Assembly: GCA_038087875.1 (NCBI GenBank)
Contig: CM075990.1
Span: forward strand, 9,922,001-9,986,000
Length of the DNA stretch: 64,000 bases
Reading direction: 5' to 3'
DNA from: Malacoraja senta
Taxonomy: Eukaryota
The stretch's first letter is position 1. Every line of letters starts with the position of its first letter. The position numbers and the translations under genes were made by a program. The notes under the pieces are model-generated. The model did no database searches and had not been told where the DNA came from. It saw only the letters and a list, made by a program, of their open reading frames with translations. This document shows positions 24,800 through 40,152 of the stretch, in pieces.

Positions 24800-25850
24800 C
24801 TTTGACATCTAGACTGCACTTGACCAAGTGTATCAAGAGCCCCTGTAACACTGAGGTTAATGGTAAAAGTTGACATCCTACCCCAGAGAAAGGTCATTGG
24901 TCATGGTTATGAAAGGGGAACCACCCTCAGGGCAGTGTCCCCCATCCAGCCACCTTCAGCTGCATCTTCCATAATCTTCCTCCCATCGTAAGGTCAGATG
25001 TGGGAATGTTCACAGATGATTGTACAATGTTCAGCTCCACTTGCAAACATGAAGCAGTCAATGCCTATATACAGTAAGACCTGGGCAACATTCAAAAGAG
25101 GACTGATGTTGCAAGAAGTATTGAAGCCACACAGATTCAAGCCAGTTATTGACTAACAGGAGAATCTAACCACCTTCAGTTGATGTTCAATAGCATTTCC
25201 ATTGATGAATGTTCATAGCATTTCCATTGATTTTAACATCACCATCCTTTTTGATTCGACATTCTGGACCAACTGTATACCTTCCACAATAGCTGTTTGG
25301 GTATCATGTGGAAAATGTTTGACTCTTGACTCCCCAACGCCTTTTCGTCATCTTCAAAGCACAGGCCCAGGATTATTATGGAATACTTTCTACTTGTCTG
25401 GATTAGTGCAAATCCATCAAATCTGAAGAGGCTTGACACCATTTAGAATGAAGCAGCCCATTTATTTGGTCCCTCAGCTACAATCCTAAACCTGCTCTCC
25501 TTTCCCTGTGACTGCACCGTAGCTGAGATATTTACCCTCCTTAAGTTGCACTGCAGTTACTATTCGTACAATTGCAGCAGCTCTTAAATCCGCAAATTCT
25601 GCCACCAAGCAGAACTAGGGCAGCAAGCATTTGGGAAACGCTATTGCAGACAGGGAGCCCTCAAGTCAACTCGGAAATATATTGTTATTCTCTTGCCATC
25701 ACTGGGTCAAAGTCTGTAACCAACTCCGCACATGAACTGTGGAGAAGTTTCCACAAAAGGCCACAGTGGTTCACAAAGGTGGCTCTCCATCACTTCTTAA
25801 GAGCAATTAAAGATGGACAATTAATGCTGGCAATTAATTATTTAAACTAG
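24800..25850 (+). mobile_element. Old degraded CR1/L2-group LINE 3' portion
   Basis: Remnants of PQGSV, FTDD (atgttcacagatgat) and downstream ORF2 motifs; many indels. Confidence 0.6.
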
Positions 25851-26131
25851 CATTGAGTAAATGAACAAAATATATACACACACGCATATACTTTCTTATG
25901 CTTTCTTATTCCCAGTTGAGAAGCTGTGGTTCTCAGTACACACACACACACACACATATTGAAATAGATATATGTGTGTGTGTGTGTGTTTGTGAGTCAC
26001 ATATATCTATCTATCCATCTATTTTATTTTTTATTATTATTTTTTTCCTTTTCAAAAACTTTATTCGACACAATCATATGATACAACACATCAATACATA
26101 ATCAAAAAATACATTATATCAAAACAAATCA

Positions 26132-29100
26132 TTAGAGTACAACAGTACATTCATTATTTACGATACTCTCAACCCCACGTGGTGACCAGTGCCCACGGAA
26201 GGCCTCCAGAGTCCCCGTGGACACCGCGTGTTCCCTCTCCAAGGACACCCGTGCACGGACGTACGCCCTGAAGAGGGGCAGGCAGCCAACTCTAGCCTCA
26301 CCATCGACCGCCCGCTGCCTGGACCCGCGAATGTCCATCTTGGCCAGGCCCAGGAGCAAACCGACAGGGAGGTCCCACCCCCCCACTTGTCTCTCCCCAC
26401 ACCCTGCCTTGTGTCCAAACACTAGAATCGTGGGACTAAAATGCAACCAGAACTTGAGGAACAACCCCTTCAGATATTGGTACAGGGGCAGTAGCCTCTC
26501 ACACTCCATGTACACGTGGAACACGGTCTCTTCCTCGCCGCAGAAAATACATGCGGCGAACGAGCCCGTGAACCTACTCAAAAGTTTATTACAAACCACC
26601 GCTCCGTGCAACAGTCTCCACCCCAGGTCCCCAATGTAAAGGGGGACAACTCCCTTATAGAAGGACCCCCACTGGGGACCTCCCCCGCCTTCAGGTGGTA
26701 ACACCGTCCGCCATGGTGTGTCAGGACGGGAAACGAAGGCAAGGAGGTGCAGAATGTGCAGGAACATACAGTACAGTGTGCGTCTCTTTGCATCACGAAA
26801 CGGTATGCTGATCATCTCAGAAAGGCGGCTCAGGTTGTGTGGAGCCGGTGCCTGAGAAATATATTCCGGAGCCTAGGCCCGATGAGCAGATCTGACGGAG
26901 CGGGTGAAAGCTCAGTCAGAACCACTCTAGGCACGCCCCTCTCCTCGACACCCACCATGACAAGGTGAGGACCGGCCACTCCCGCAGCCGCAACATCCCC
27001 CTCCCCTCGTGGAGCAACACGCTGGCTGAAAACAGCCAAATTCCGCACTCTTAGCACATCCCGGTAAAAACAGGCAAACCCCTTAGGGCGGGTCGACTGA
27101 TGCCCGCCATCGGGAGCCGCGAGACCCCCCCAGGCAGCGACCCCGACGAAAAAAGTACGTGGCCAGAGCGTGCCATCTGGGGGGGTTCTCTACATACATA
27201 TACCTCCGCAGAGTCCTGAGACGGAGAGCTGCCACCTGGGTACGCACGCATACCAAGGACTGACCGCCCTCCTCTAACGGGAGACTCAGGACCGCTGCAG
27301 AGACCCAGTGCTTCCTATTTCCCCAGAAGAAATCTACCAGCTTCTTCTGTAGAGCATTTACAAATATGGAAGGTGGGACAAGAGTAGCCAGCCGGTACCA
27401 TAACATGGAGGCCACCAGCTGATTTATGACCAGCACCCTCCCCTGAAAGGAAAGAACTCCAAGCAGGCCCGACCAGCGCCCCAGCCGGGCAACCACTTTC
27501 ATCTCCAACTCCTGCCAGTTCGCCGGCCAAGCATCCTCAGTGGGACTCAGGTAAACCCCCAGATAGAGGAGATGTGTGGTGCTCCACACATACCTTGCCA
27601 TCTCCTCCGGCAGGGAATCCACCTGCCACTGACCCACTAAAAGACCAGAGCACTTACTCCAGTTAATGCTGGCAGAAGATGCAGCTGAGAAAATCTCCTG
27701 GCAGTCACGCATCCTCCGCAGGTCACCAGGATCAGTGAACATAAGAAGTACATCATCTGCATACGCCGAAAGAACCACCTCTACCCCTGGGCCAGGTAGG
27801 GCCAGGCCTGTCAACCTCCTCCGAAGAAGACACAGGAACGGCTCCACACAGACCGAGTACAACTGACCCGACATGGGGCACCCCTGACGGACCCCCCTCC
27901 CAAAATGAAAGGGAGCCAACAACGCACCATTAACCTTCACAAGGCACTCTGCTGCAGCGTACAAAAGCCGGACCCGGGCCACAAAATGCGGTCCAATTCC
28001 AAACGCTTGCAACGTCCCGAATAGGTAATCATGCTCTACCCTATCAAAAGCCTTCTCCTGATCAAGGGACAGAAAAGCAGCTGACTGACCAGTACCCTGA
28101 GCTAGATGAATCAGGTCCCGAACCAGGTGGATGTTATCCTGAATGGACCGGCCAGGGACTGTATAGGACTGGTCAGGATGAATCATTTGAGACAGCACAG
28201 AGCCCAGGTGATTTGCCATTGCCCGTGCAAATACTTTATACTCTGTACGTAGGAGAGAGACCGGCCTCCAGTTCTTCAACAAACGGAGTTCGCCCTTCTT
28301 GGGCAGCAAGACAACAACTGCCCTGCGCCATGAGAGGGGCATCTCCCCGGTCGCCAGGCTCTCCCCCAGAACCAACATGTAATCACCCCCCAGGATATCC
28401 CAGAAAGCTCTGACAAACTCTACCGTCAACCCATCCAGCCCGTGGGACTTACCCTTCCTGAGCTGATGCAATGCACGAGTCAACTCCTCCAAAGATAAGG
28501 GGCCATCAAGAAGATCGGCCACCTCCCTATCAACAGTCGGTAGACCCTCCCACAAGTCCTGCTGAGCCTCCCCGCTGAATCCACCTGCGGAGAACAGGGA
28601 CCCATAAAAGGACCTGACCACAGCACTGATCCTCTCCGGATCAGTGACAGAGGAGCCATCATCTGCGAGCAGCTCTACGAGCTGTTTGCGGGCTCCCCGC
28701 CCTTTCTCCAGAGAGAAAAAGAAAGGCGAAACTCGGTCCAGATCTTGCATCATCTGGACCCGCGACCTCACGAAAGCGCCTCGGGACCACTCAAGCAGCA
28801 GGTTCCTCAAGGCTTCCTTCTTCTCCTGAAACTCTCCCCATTCACAGGAGTCATCACCAACCCGACCCAGGCGAGACTCTGCGTCCAGTAGCTCCCTCTC
28901 AAGCCTCTCGACCGCTGAGTCCCGCCGTCCGGTCGACCCCCACGTATACTCCTTACAAAAGAGATGGATGTGAGCCTTCCCCACATTCCTAAGGGAAGAG
29001 AAGCACCACTGCCTCTCTCTCCACTTCACCCAAAACCGACTGAATGACTCCCGGAAACACCGATCCTCCAGCAGCCGGTTGTTAAAGTGCCAGTACGCGG

Positions 29101-29825
29101 ACCCAGCCCGAGTGCGCGCCGGATTAAAGTCCACACTCACCTGACAGTGGTCCGAACACGGCACCAACCGCATTGAGGCCGCTGAGACACGGGAAACAAA
29201 CGCTCGGGAAATGTATATTCGATCAATACGGGAACCACCTCCTCAGACCTCTGCGAAAAGCAGTGGAATCCGGGTGGAGGTTCCGCCACCATCAACCAGC
29301 TCAAAGGAGTCAATCAAACCTCTCAGCTTCTTCGCTACAGCAGGGGCACACTGAGTACCAGAACGGTCTTGCGCCTCAAGTGTGCCAATTAAAGTCCCCA
29401 CCAAGGAAGACACACTCTCCCCTATCAATAGTGCTCAACAGAGCAGTCACCTCCTGAATTAGGCCGGCCTGCATCGTACCGGAGCTAGGGGCATACACGT
29501 TAATGAAATGCAACGGCATGCCATCCAGGCTCACAGCCAGATGGAGCAAACGTCCTGGCACACCTTCTTGCACTTTTAGAACATTTGGCAGGAAATTCTA
29601 GGCCAACAGAAAGGCCACCCCACTCGAATTCGAGCTGAGATGGCTCATGTAGACCCCCCCTTCCCCACTCCAGTCTCCATGTAGGTTCATCACTAACAAC
29701 GGTATGCGTCTCCTGCAAAAAACACACTGCAAATCTCCCCTCTTTAAGGGACTGATAAAAGCTGAAATCTACGAAAACTCGCTCTACTCCCGTTTAAGTT
29801 TAATGTTGCTACTGTGAATGTGCAG
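26132..29825 (-). pseudogene. Tx1 ORF2 (APE endonuclease, reverse transcriptase, C-terminal zinc finger), frameshifted
   Basis: TFTVATLNLNG, FLQETH, INVYAP, LGGDFN, SDH; WRPVSLL, LDQEKAFDRV, GVRQGCPMSG, AYADDV; CIFCGEEETVFHVYMEC. Confidence 0.92.
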
Positions 29826-29849
29826 GCACACTAGATTGAGACCCTCACA

Positions 29850-32188
29850 CTCCCCGTAGACTCAAAAACTCTCTCTGAGGAACACCAAAAAGTCCCCAAA
29901 ACTGGCTCTTCTCAGAGTCAGGAAGATCACTAACCTTGTTGCCAAGGATAGCCTCGAGAGTCTTAATCAAAACTGGCAGATCAGCCCACGTCTTTTAGCA
30001 GCATCCATTTTTGTTCTGGTGGTACGGCTTATTTTTAGGAATTCTCGAACCTCACGAATATCACTTGCATGAGACTCGGCCTTGGAGCCTGGGCACTCAG
30101 CCAACACACTCGCACCTGCAACAACAAGCTCAACACCACAATGGTCAAGGTCGTTGTCAGAAATCGAAAGACCAGAACTCTCTGAAAGTTTGTTAACTCC
30201 ACTACTCAAACTGGCCTTATCACTCTCCCCCTCCTCCAGCAAGACACCACCCCCAGGATCAATGCCGGGGAAGGGTCCCGAAACCCCTGACTGCAACAGG
30301 CAGCCCACTGAATGGCTGGGCACCTGCACTCTACCATCACCCTCTACGTCTGGGCCTGGGGAAGAAAAAAATACTAGGCACCCCCAGGGCCTGTGATACA
30401 CTGGCACCCCCGGAATCTGAAAGGAGATCACCACCCGAACTAGCCCCGACCTCCACAGCACCTATACCATCCCCTCCACTGGCAACACCCAGAGGCTCTC
30501 CACTTTCTTTTAAACTCTCCCCTACCAACTCAGCCGGCGAGGCAGCACACCCCCCATGCACAGACTGGTACACCACTGCCCCCGACCCACCCCCCTCAGG
30601 CTGACTCTGCTCATCCCCCGTCTCAGGGGGCACACTACTAAGGGGGCCTACCCCATCATCTGGCGTGCCAACACCCTCAATAGGCCTCTGAAACGAGGGG
30701 ACCTCCTCCGACCCAGAGGACACACACCCAGGGGAGCTAACCTCACCACCCGATGAGATAACTCCCTCGGAGGGCCCCTGAGATGAAGGGACATCCACCC
30801 GCCCATAGGACACAACTCCAGAGGAATCAACCCCATCACCCGGTCTTATAATCCCCGCAGAAGATCCCTGAAATGGAGGCTCAATCTCCAACCCGGAAGA
30901 CACCAGTTCTTGACCACCAACCACATCAGTGGTGGAAGGTCTGGAAAAAGTCAACTCCCTAACTTTGGGCTCATGCCCTTGCTCATCCTCGCTAGGCCCA
31001 AACCTCCTTTTTGTCCCACTAGCATGCGGCGGTACGGTGACCTCCATAAAGGAAGGGTCTTCCTCCTCCACACTACCCCCAGCCACTTTACCACCCGCAC
31101 GATTTACCATCCCTACCCCCACCTGAACCACCTCAGCTCCTTGCTGGGCCACGGCAAGTGCACTCTGGACCTCACTGGAGCTGACAGGCGCCCCTTGGGT
31201 GGTCTCAGATTGCGTTTGACTCACTTGAGTGGGCTTTTTCCTCCTCCTCTTCTTCTTCTGCTGCTCCCATTTCCCCTCCCCCTCTTCATCCCCCACCTGT
31301 GCCTCACCATCAGCCACCACCACCTCCACAGGTTCAGGACTTAGGGGGCGGGGGACATCTCTGCCCCGGGTCCCCAAGGCAGAACTTGCCGCCCCAGATG
31401 GGCTATCACTGCCGCCCCGGATCACCGAGGCTGAGCTAGCAGCCCTAGCCAGGTCAGCAGTACCACCCCGCGCCACCGAGGCATGATGAGCCACCCCGGA
31501 TGGGCCAGCAGTGCATTCCTGGGCAGCTGCGCTAGAACTTCTAGCAGCGACCCCGTGAAGAAGACACTCCCTACGGAGATGTCCAAATTCACCGCACGCA
31601 TGACACCGTGCCTTTCCCAACTCCAACGCACGGTTCTAGGGAGACCTTACACTCCACCTCGAAGGCTCCCCTCCACGCCTTCGCCCTCACCCACCTTCAT
31701 AAACACCCTCCTCTTGAAACTGAAGATCCCTCTTTCCTCCGGGTCACCCCCGGGTGCATGAGCCTAAAGCACTTAGACCGCACCTCCCCAAATTAGACAG
31801 GTGTGGAATAAGTGTTGCATCCGAAATATATGTGGGGCAACTCCGCAGGAGAACCGGTCTCACCCTAGATACCCACGGGTCCACCTGTATGTGGACCCCC
31901 CACTGAGATCCCCCTCTCCAACGCTATGGCCACATTCTCCCGGGTCTTTAGTATCATCTCCACCTTTCCTCTTTCGAGCTCGGAAGAGACAATAGCCCGC
32001 CCCCCAAGAAGGTCATTCATGGCCTTTGTAATTGCTCCCCTGGACATCTGGGGCCCAGTTTGGACCGAGATACCCAAACCGTCCCAATCCAAGTCAACAT
32101 AAGGCTCATGCTCAGATGGCCTCGCATCCGCGGCTGATGCCACCCCTGCGTAGCTCCGGTTCTTCAGCCGCGCCCCAGCCATCGCCAT
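29850..32188 (-). pseudogene. Tx1 ORF1 (gag-like, CCHC zinc knuckle), frameshifted; 3' end approximate
   Basis: Starts MAMAGARLKNRSYAGVAS; CHACGEFGHLRREC; basic KKKRRRKK stretch; split over several ORFs. Confidence 0.75.
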
Positions 32189-32709
32189 CCTGACAGAGGC
32201 ACAAAACCAGCTCCAGGCAGCCCAGCAGCTCAGCTCAAGTTAAGTCCAAAGACAGTCACAGTCAAAGACAAGTAGCAGAAATTAGAAGCCTCCAGCTGAA
32301 GCAGGGAAGTCCCCAAGTACGTCCACAGCCGAGAGCAGCTCTTGGGAATCTCTATCCCAGTCTTGCCGGAAGCAAAAGTACCATCTTCACATTAAGCCAG
32401 GCAGCCGCACTGTGCAAAATGACTTTAGGGCAGAGAAACGGTGCTAAAAAACGACAAAAACACCACAATCTTCGTACCCTCGATCTCCAGCCACTCTTGG
32501 CATTCCGCCAATGACAACCACACCCTCGACAATGTAGAGAAAACTCAGAAATTTCACACTCGTGGATGATTCCTAGAGCAGAGAAAAGTTTCAATGGTCC
32601 AACAATAAGTTAAACTATGAAGCCCCTCTGCCTCTGTTCCTACTCCATCGACAAAATCCTTGAAAGGCTGCTTCAAACCTTCTCAACTGCAGAGCTGAAA
32701 AAGCACAGC

Positions 32710-33175
<466 letters not shown>

Positions 33176-33424
33176 ATGCTCAGAACTCCTCAACTAGGAA
33201 TAAGAAAGAATCGCAGTGGTCTGTGCTTTTGGAGATGGAGAAGGTTTGATAAAACCTGGCAAAGGACAAGGGGTAGAAATTAGATAGGGTGTGAAAACTT
33301 CTAAAATGCAATAAAGCTGCAAACTTATCAATTAATTGCCATATACTTGACAACAGTTCCATGTCTTATCAGTATTGTGGAGAGAAACAAAAGATATGCT
33401 TGCACATTTCTGACCCAATCAGCT

Positions 33425-33872
33425 AACATATGAAGAGCGTTTGACGACACTGGGCCTATACTCGCTGGAGTTTAGAAGAATGAGGGGGGACCTCATAGAA
33501 ATGTACAGAATAGTGGAAGGTTTGGATAGAATGGATGTGGAGAGGATGTTTCCATTAGTGGGAGAGTCTAGGACTAGAGGTCATAGCTTCAGAATTAAAG
33601 GACGTTCTTTTAGTAAGTAGATGAGGAGGAATTTCATTAGTCAAGAGGGTAGTGAATCTGTGAATTCTTTGCCACAGAGGCTGAGGAGGCCAAGTCAGTG
33701 GATATATTTAAGGCAGTGATAGATAGATTATTGATTAGTATGGGTTGTCAGAGATTATGGGAGAAGGCAGGAGAATGGGGTTAGGAGGGTGAGATAGACA
33801 GCCATGATTGAAGGGCAGAGTAGACTTGATGTGCGGATGCCTAATTCTACTCCTTTCACTTTTGATCTTATG
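33425..33872 (+). mobile_element. CR1 LINE 3' fragment
   Basis: YEERLTTLGLYSLEFRRMRGDLIEMYRI followed by a CR1 3' UTR. Confidence 0.85.
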
Positions 33873-36800
33873 ATCTACCAAAGCATTAAGCTCTTGGACT
33901 CCCCCAAGTGTCCTCCCACTTTATGTCCTCATTCAGGATGTACTGAATATTTAATCCTTTCCCTTGGAGACAGACTTGGCTCACTTGTTCGAATACCTCT
34001 ATTCATAAGTTGCTGTCAAATCTTCTGCTTCTATGAAGCAAGAAGGGACCGTTTAGTACTCTGAAAGTTCTATATAAATGGATGTCATTGTTCAAAATTA
34101 ATTGAGATAGAGGCTGATTGCGAACTTCATATTTTAAGAAGCTGGACAAAAATACTTGAACAATGCTAGGATTTTGAGTGAGGAGGACAGGGGGACACAT
34201 TCCTTCCTTTTCCCTTCCCCTCACCAATTGTGTCAAAGACTGATGGTAAATCTCTGCACTGTATTCACAGGCAATGTGTTGAGTATTCTATGGGACAGCA
34301 ATAAATTCAGTGGCAGTGGCTGGCTGCATTCACTTTGCAAAGTCTCATAAATAGAACTCCAGGGACATTGTGAGCGATTTGAGCGACTGTGTGCTTCAGT
34401 ATTCAGACATGTTAATAACAGAATCGTAGGTTTGAGATGTTTACACTTACCGACAGATCTGCTCTATCTCATCTCACAAGGTCTGTCAGGGTTTTTCTCT
34501 CTCTTCCCATTTTTCATGCTTTATCTCTTATTTTGGAATTCAGCACTTCTTTCTTTGCTTACTTTATAAATCACTTGGGTTTCCACAGACTCAAGCCACC
34601 ATGTTAGAGGCTGTGGAACCAATTGCTTAGCAACCTGACCCTGACCTAGTGTGAAACGGTGAGGAATACTGGAGGAGCCAGAGGTGTCACGGTGAGTGGC
34701 AATATTACATTTAGCCCAGTGAAAGATGTTCATCGTCTGTGAGGAGTTCATTGATAGAAATCAGCCTTGCCTGGGCTTTTTAATTAGACATTCTACAGAC
34801 GCTGGACAAAGTCTTTCAAAGGAGAAAATTATTCTGAATGAGACGAGACAAATAAAACAATTAGCTGCCACTTCATTTTACTAAAAGCTCCGCTGTAGGC
34901 TTGCATTTTGTTCTTCAAGTTTGTCCCCATTGCATCTGCCCACTGTTTCTGCCAGCTGTCCTTGTATACCACCGAACAGAAGTAACTCAGCAGGTCAAGC
35001 AGCATCTTTGGAGGACATGATAGGCCACGTTTCAGGCCTGGTCTGAAGATGAGTCCCAATCCGAAACATTGCCTATCCATCCTCCAGAGATGCTGCCTGG
35101 TCCATTGGATTACTCCAGCACCACACAGGATTTCAGCATCTGTGGTTCCTTGTGTCCATGTCTTTGCATTTCACAATTCTCAACTGAAACTTTCTGCCTT
35201 AATCTAAAATGGTAGGCCTTTGTTACATAAAACTGTTAAGCAATAAGGGAAATGGATGCAGGTTCAAAAGAAAAAACCCATGAAGTGCTGGAGTAACTCA
35301 GTGGGACAGGTAGAATTTCTGGAGGACGTGGATAGGCGATGTTTTCTGGAGAAGTGTCGTGACAAAATGTTGCCTAACCATGTCGTCCAGAGATGTTGCC
35401 TGACCCATGTGTTATTCAAGCACTTTGCATTTTTTTTAAGGAATGAGGAAGGTAGACTCAGGGAAAAGATTGTCCGTGGTGTCATTGATCAGCTCAAGGA
35501 TTGTAGGGCCTTCTGTATCCATGTTGCTTTGATCTTGAGAGACATGAGCTGTTAGTCAAAGCTTTCTATTATAAGTGGATGGTTTCTTAAACACCAGAGC
35601 AGTCCTTTGTGTTAGTGCCAATCCTGTTCGGGTCGATGGTTGGGCACTATTGATCAGATCAGGTCACTACCGATCAGTGTGAATCACTAGTCATTGGTTA
35701 CTGGTCACTACTGGACAGTACTTGTCATCACAAGCCAATGTCAATCACTATTGATTAGTATGCTCAATTTAGGTCAATGCTGGTCAATAATCACCAGTGC
35801 TGGTCATTGATACTCTCATTTATTAGTAATGCTTCAATTTTTTAATTTTCGGACCATTTTAATATTGTTTTTAAATAATTGTTGATGACTTTTGAATGTA
35901 AAATTTAGAATATCAAAACTTTGAAGGATTTGACAGCCAGCTAAATGGTGGTTGTGACAAAGGTGGAGGAGGGGGGGTTGAAGTCATGTTTTTCAAGCTT
36001 TTACAGTAGTTTAGTGTATGGGATTGGAAATGCTGGTTCCTCATAAAACATGCTGGAATTTGCATTGCAGAAGGTGCTGCCACAGAGCTGGGTCTTCCTA
36101 GGATGGGTGGAGGTGCCTATCTCAGGAAGCTGTCATTGGGGCAACTGTACAAGGTCAGTGCAGTCACTTTTTCATCACCATTGACTGCAGATTCTGAGCC
36201 AGTAAGTATGCTTTTCTCTCTTCAGAGATGTGGCATCTTTCATTTCATTTAAGGAGATGTTAAGACAGATGGCCAAAAGCTTGTTTAAAGTGATAGGTTT
36301 GGAGAAGGAATTCCAAAGCTTTGGATTTTCATCTCCGAGGCTTTGAAATTAATTAAGACCAAGTGCGATCTAGAGGCCGGAATTCAAGGAGATGAAAATC
36401 AAAGAGTTGGAAATCTGAAATAAAAACAGAAAATATTGGAGGCACTCAGCAGGTCAGGCAACGTTTGTGGAAAGAGAAGCAAATCAACATTTCAGATCTG
36501 GGACCCTTATCAGAACTACCAGATGCTGCTTGATCTGTTGAATGGTTCCAGCTAAAGTGAGTGCTACAGAGACCCGGGAGCTGAGACACAGCTCCTTCAA
36601 CCGGATTTTATCAACAGATCCTTCCATCCTTACTCTCTCACTGAAAGGCTACTTCGAAAAAGCATTATGCGTAAAAATTGACTCCTTTCATTCTTGTCTT
36701 ATATGATTCCGTTCGGTTTGGAAATAAAAAAGGAATCTTGAGATGCTGTAGATTTATGGGACAAATCCAGTGCAATAATTTATTTTCTAAGGCAGTGTTT

Positions 36801-36979
36801 TGGGATCCAGGATGCTTTGATTCCCTCGGGTTTTTTATGGCTGAGGGAACCTCGAACTCTTGCGCAGATGGGACAGTAAATGGCCTGTGGGACAGGTGAT
36901 TAGTTTGTGTGTTGCCCTGCTGCATATGCAGGGCTTCTGGAAGCTGCCAATTTACAGATTTGAGGTCCTCAGGACCAAG

Positions 36980-38570
36980 TAAGAGTAAGGAGACTTGTAA
37001 AATCTTTTGGAAGTATATTAGAAGCAAAAAGATAGCTAAGGAAGTAAATGGTCCTCTTAAGGATCAAGTTGTTAATCTATGCATGGAGCCAGAGGATATG
37101 AGTGATGTCTTAAATGAATAGTTCTCTAATATTCAGCAGGGAAAATTATGTGAAGGCTGGAGAAGTGGGGGAGGAGGTACACTGCGATCTGGAGCATGTC
37201 TGTATCCAGAAGGAGGAAGTGCTTGAAATATTGAAGTACATTAGGGTGATTTAACCCCCACGGTTGAACGTGATCTATTCAAGGATGCAAGGGAAGCAAA
37301 GGAGGAGATTGCTGCAGCTCTGATAGAGGTTTTTGCCTCTTTGTAGCGTGGATGAGGCACTGAAAGTTTGGAGGAAGCTAATGTTGTTCTCCTTATTCAA
37401 AAAGAACAGCGGGAATAAGTCTGGAAACGGCAGAGCTTTATATTTGGGGAAAGGATTCTGAGGGACAGGATTCATGTTTCCTGGGAATGGCAGCGACTCA
37501 TTGGCAGCACTGTTTTGCAAATCTGACGGAATCTTTTAAGGAGGTAACCAAGGTGATTGATGAATGCATGGCAATAGATATTGTCTGTATGAACTTAATA
37601 ATGCTTTTGACAAGGTCTGAGATGGTAGGCTAGTTCAAGAAGGATGGGGCACTATGGATCTGAGGGATGGTGGTGAATGGATCTGAAATTGTCTAGGTGA
37701 TAGAAATCTGAGCGTAATGGATGATGTGTGTTTTTCTATAATGTGTAACATGTACCATAGCCATTAGTGCAGGGATCTTTGTCATACATAGAAATGGCTT
37801 GCAAGAGAGAGTAAGTAATTTTTTTTGTGTGTAGGAAGGAACTGCAGGTGCTGGTTTACACCGAATATACACATAAAATGCTGGAGTAACTCAGCGGGAC
37901 AGGCAGCATCTCTTGGTGAGATGGAATGTGTGATGTTTTGGGTGAGACCCTTCTTCAGACTTCTTCAGTAATTTGTTTTGTATGTTTGTGAATGACAGAA
38001 ACATTGGTGGAGTATTAGTTAGCAACAAGTTTCTCTAAGGATACAATAGGATGTAGATCAGCAGAGAAGATGACATTTAATTGAGACATCTGTGAGGCAA
38101 TGCATTTTAGGATTTCATTTCTGTTGAGATATATAGTGTAAATGGCAGGGACCTTGGGAGCATTGGTGTACAGAGAGACTTTGGAGTGAAGTCCATAGCT
38201 CCCTGGAAATAGCAGCACGGGTGGATAGGGGTGGTGAAAAATCCATTTGGTATGCTTGCCTTCATATGCCAAGGCATTGATATTAGAGTTGAGATGTCAT
38301 GTTGCAAAAACCATAGCCTAGACTGCACTTGGAGTTTTGTGAACTTCTGCTCACCACACAATAGTAAGGATGTAATAGCATTAGAGAGTGTGCAGAAGAG
38401 GTTCACCAAGCTGAGCCTCTGAAGGGGATCTGTAATTATCAGGAGAGATGGGACAGCTGAGTTTGATCTCACTGGAACATAAGTTTACAAATGAGGGACA
38501 TGGTTAGGGTGGATAATCGGAATCTTTCTCCCAGGGTAGGAGAGTAAGAACCGGAGGGCACAAGCTTATG
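36980..38570 (+). mobile_element. Degraded CR1 ORF2 with nested Penelope terminal repeat (about 37830-37965)
   Basis: KIFWKYIRSKK, GPLKDQ, AFDKV and ALESVQKRFTK motifs. Confidence 0.8.
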
Positions 38571-39341
38571 GATCACTCTGACACCCTCCAAAAGGCTTTT
38601 GAATTGACTTTAAATCTGACACCCAGTGACATTTAAAAATGATTCAAATAGATTATAATTAAATAAGGACAAGTTGTTTAAAAAACAATCCTCAAGAGGA
38701 ATAATATAAACCTAAACAAATTAAGTTCTAAACATTGATAAATACCAATAAAGAATTAAAAGACTAGTGTATATAATGAATTGAAACGGTTTCTTATATT
38801 TTGAAGTTAACACTATAGTAAGCAGATTCTTATACTGGCCTGTCCTGGTGTAAAATTGAGGGTGGATACCATTCCAAAGTGAGGGAACTGGGTACAACTT
38901 GCAGCTGATAGTTCCACATGGAACGATCTAAAGAAAAGGGTCACTAAATTCGTACTCGAACTGTGAGATTCTTATCTAACTGGATGGATGAATCAGGGCA
39001 GGGTTCTTTTCTCTAGAAATGAGAAGCCTAATGGCGATGTTTAAGATTATAAAATGATTTGATGGCAGAGATAGAGATGGCAATTCCATGTGGATGAAAC
39101 CTGAACTGAAACCCACATAATTAGTATCATCACTAATAATAAAAACAAAATGTTGGAAGCACTCATCAGGCAGCATCTGTGGAAAGAAAGTAATAGTTTC
39201 AAATCAGAAACCATTAATCTGATGTTAACTCTTGTTTCGTATTCCATAGATGCTGCCTGACATGCTGAGTGTTTCCAGAACGTTGTTTTTTTATTTCAGA
39301 TTTCCAGTATCTGGAGTTTGTGTGATTTTCTCCATCAGTAA

Positions 39342-39467
39342 AGGGCCTGTCCCAATGACTGACCCTTTCAGTGACTGTCTTCGACCTTCAAGCTTGAGGG
39401 CATTCGCCTGGAAAACCTCGAGCTGGGTCGACCGTCAGCGATGAAACAGTGAGCTGGATCAACCGAC

Positions 39468-39523
<56 letters not shown>

Positions 39524-40152
39524 TCACAAATGCGGGGGCCAGGGAAAGCGGGGGAGCGCTGTCTGAAATCACACCCGCGATTAACAGAAAGGTAAAAGAC
39601 GGCTGCACAGTGTACAGTAAGTCCTTTAGAGAGTGCGGAGGGGGGAGGGAGAGAGGGGGAGAGAAGGCGGGGGGAGAGAAGGGGGGGGAGAAGGGGAGGG
39701 GGAGAAGGGGGGGAGTAGGAGTGAGACACTTTTAAGAAGCCAGACAACTTATAATAAAGTTTAGCAGGCATTTTACCTACCGGTCGGTTTCCTTGGTCCT
39801 GAAAACTCCAATGAGCCAATTAAATTGCCTGGTCAGCAAGGAGATTTGCCACGGCTGCCCTCGACTGCCTGTAACTACATAGCGACCCACTCCACTGCAC
39901 TACGAGTTCAAAAGTCAATTTTATAATAGAAAAAAACATGCCGACCATTTTTTCTCGCGGAATAAATAGTATTTCAACATGCTGAAATTTTTTCCGCGAC
40001 CTAGCTGAGGCAAGAACTTCCCTCGAGCTTGAAGGAGAGTTCCAGTGACCTCATAGGACCTCCTAGGACCACGTGACGACCATGTTGCGAGTTTGAGTCG
40101 AGGCAAACTCTTCTAAACTCGCAGATTAGGTAACCGCAGTGGGACAGTCCCT
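39342..40152. mobile_element. PIF/Harbinger-type MITE (~810 bp) with internal (AC)n and purine tracts
   Basis: TIRs agggcctgtccca / tgggacagtccct; TAA duplication at 39339-39341 and 40153-40155. Confidence 0.85.

Larger units (their letters stand above)
26020..32709 (-). mobile_element. Near full-length Tx1-clade non-LTR retrotransposon (~6.7 kb)
   Basis: About 520-nt 5' UTR, ORF1 with zinc knuckle, ORF2 APE-RT-CCHC, AATAAA at 26060-26065 and an A-rich tail. Confidence 0.92.
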
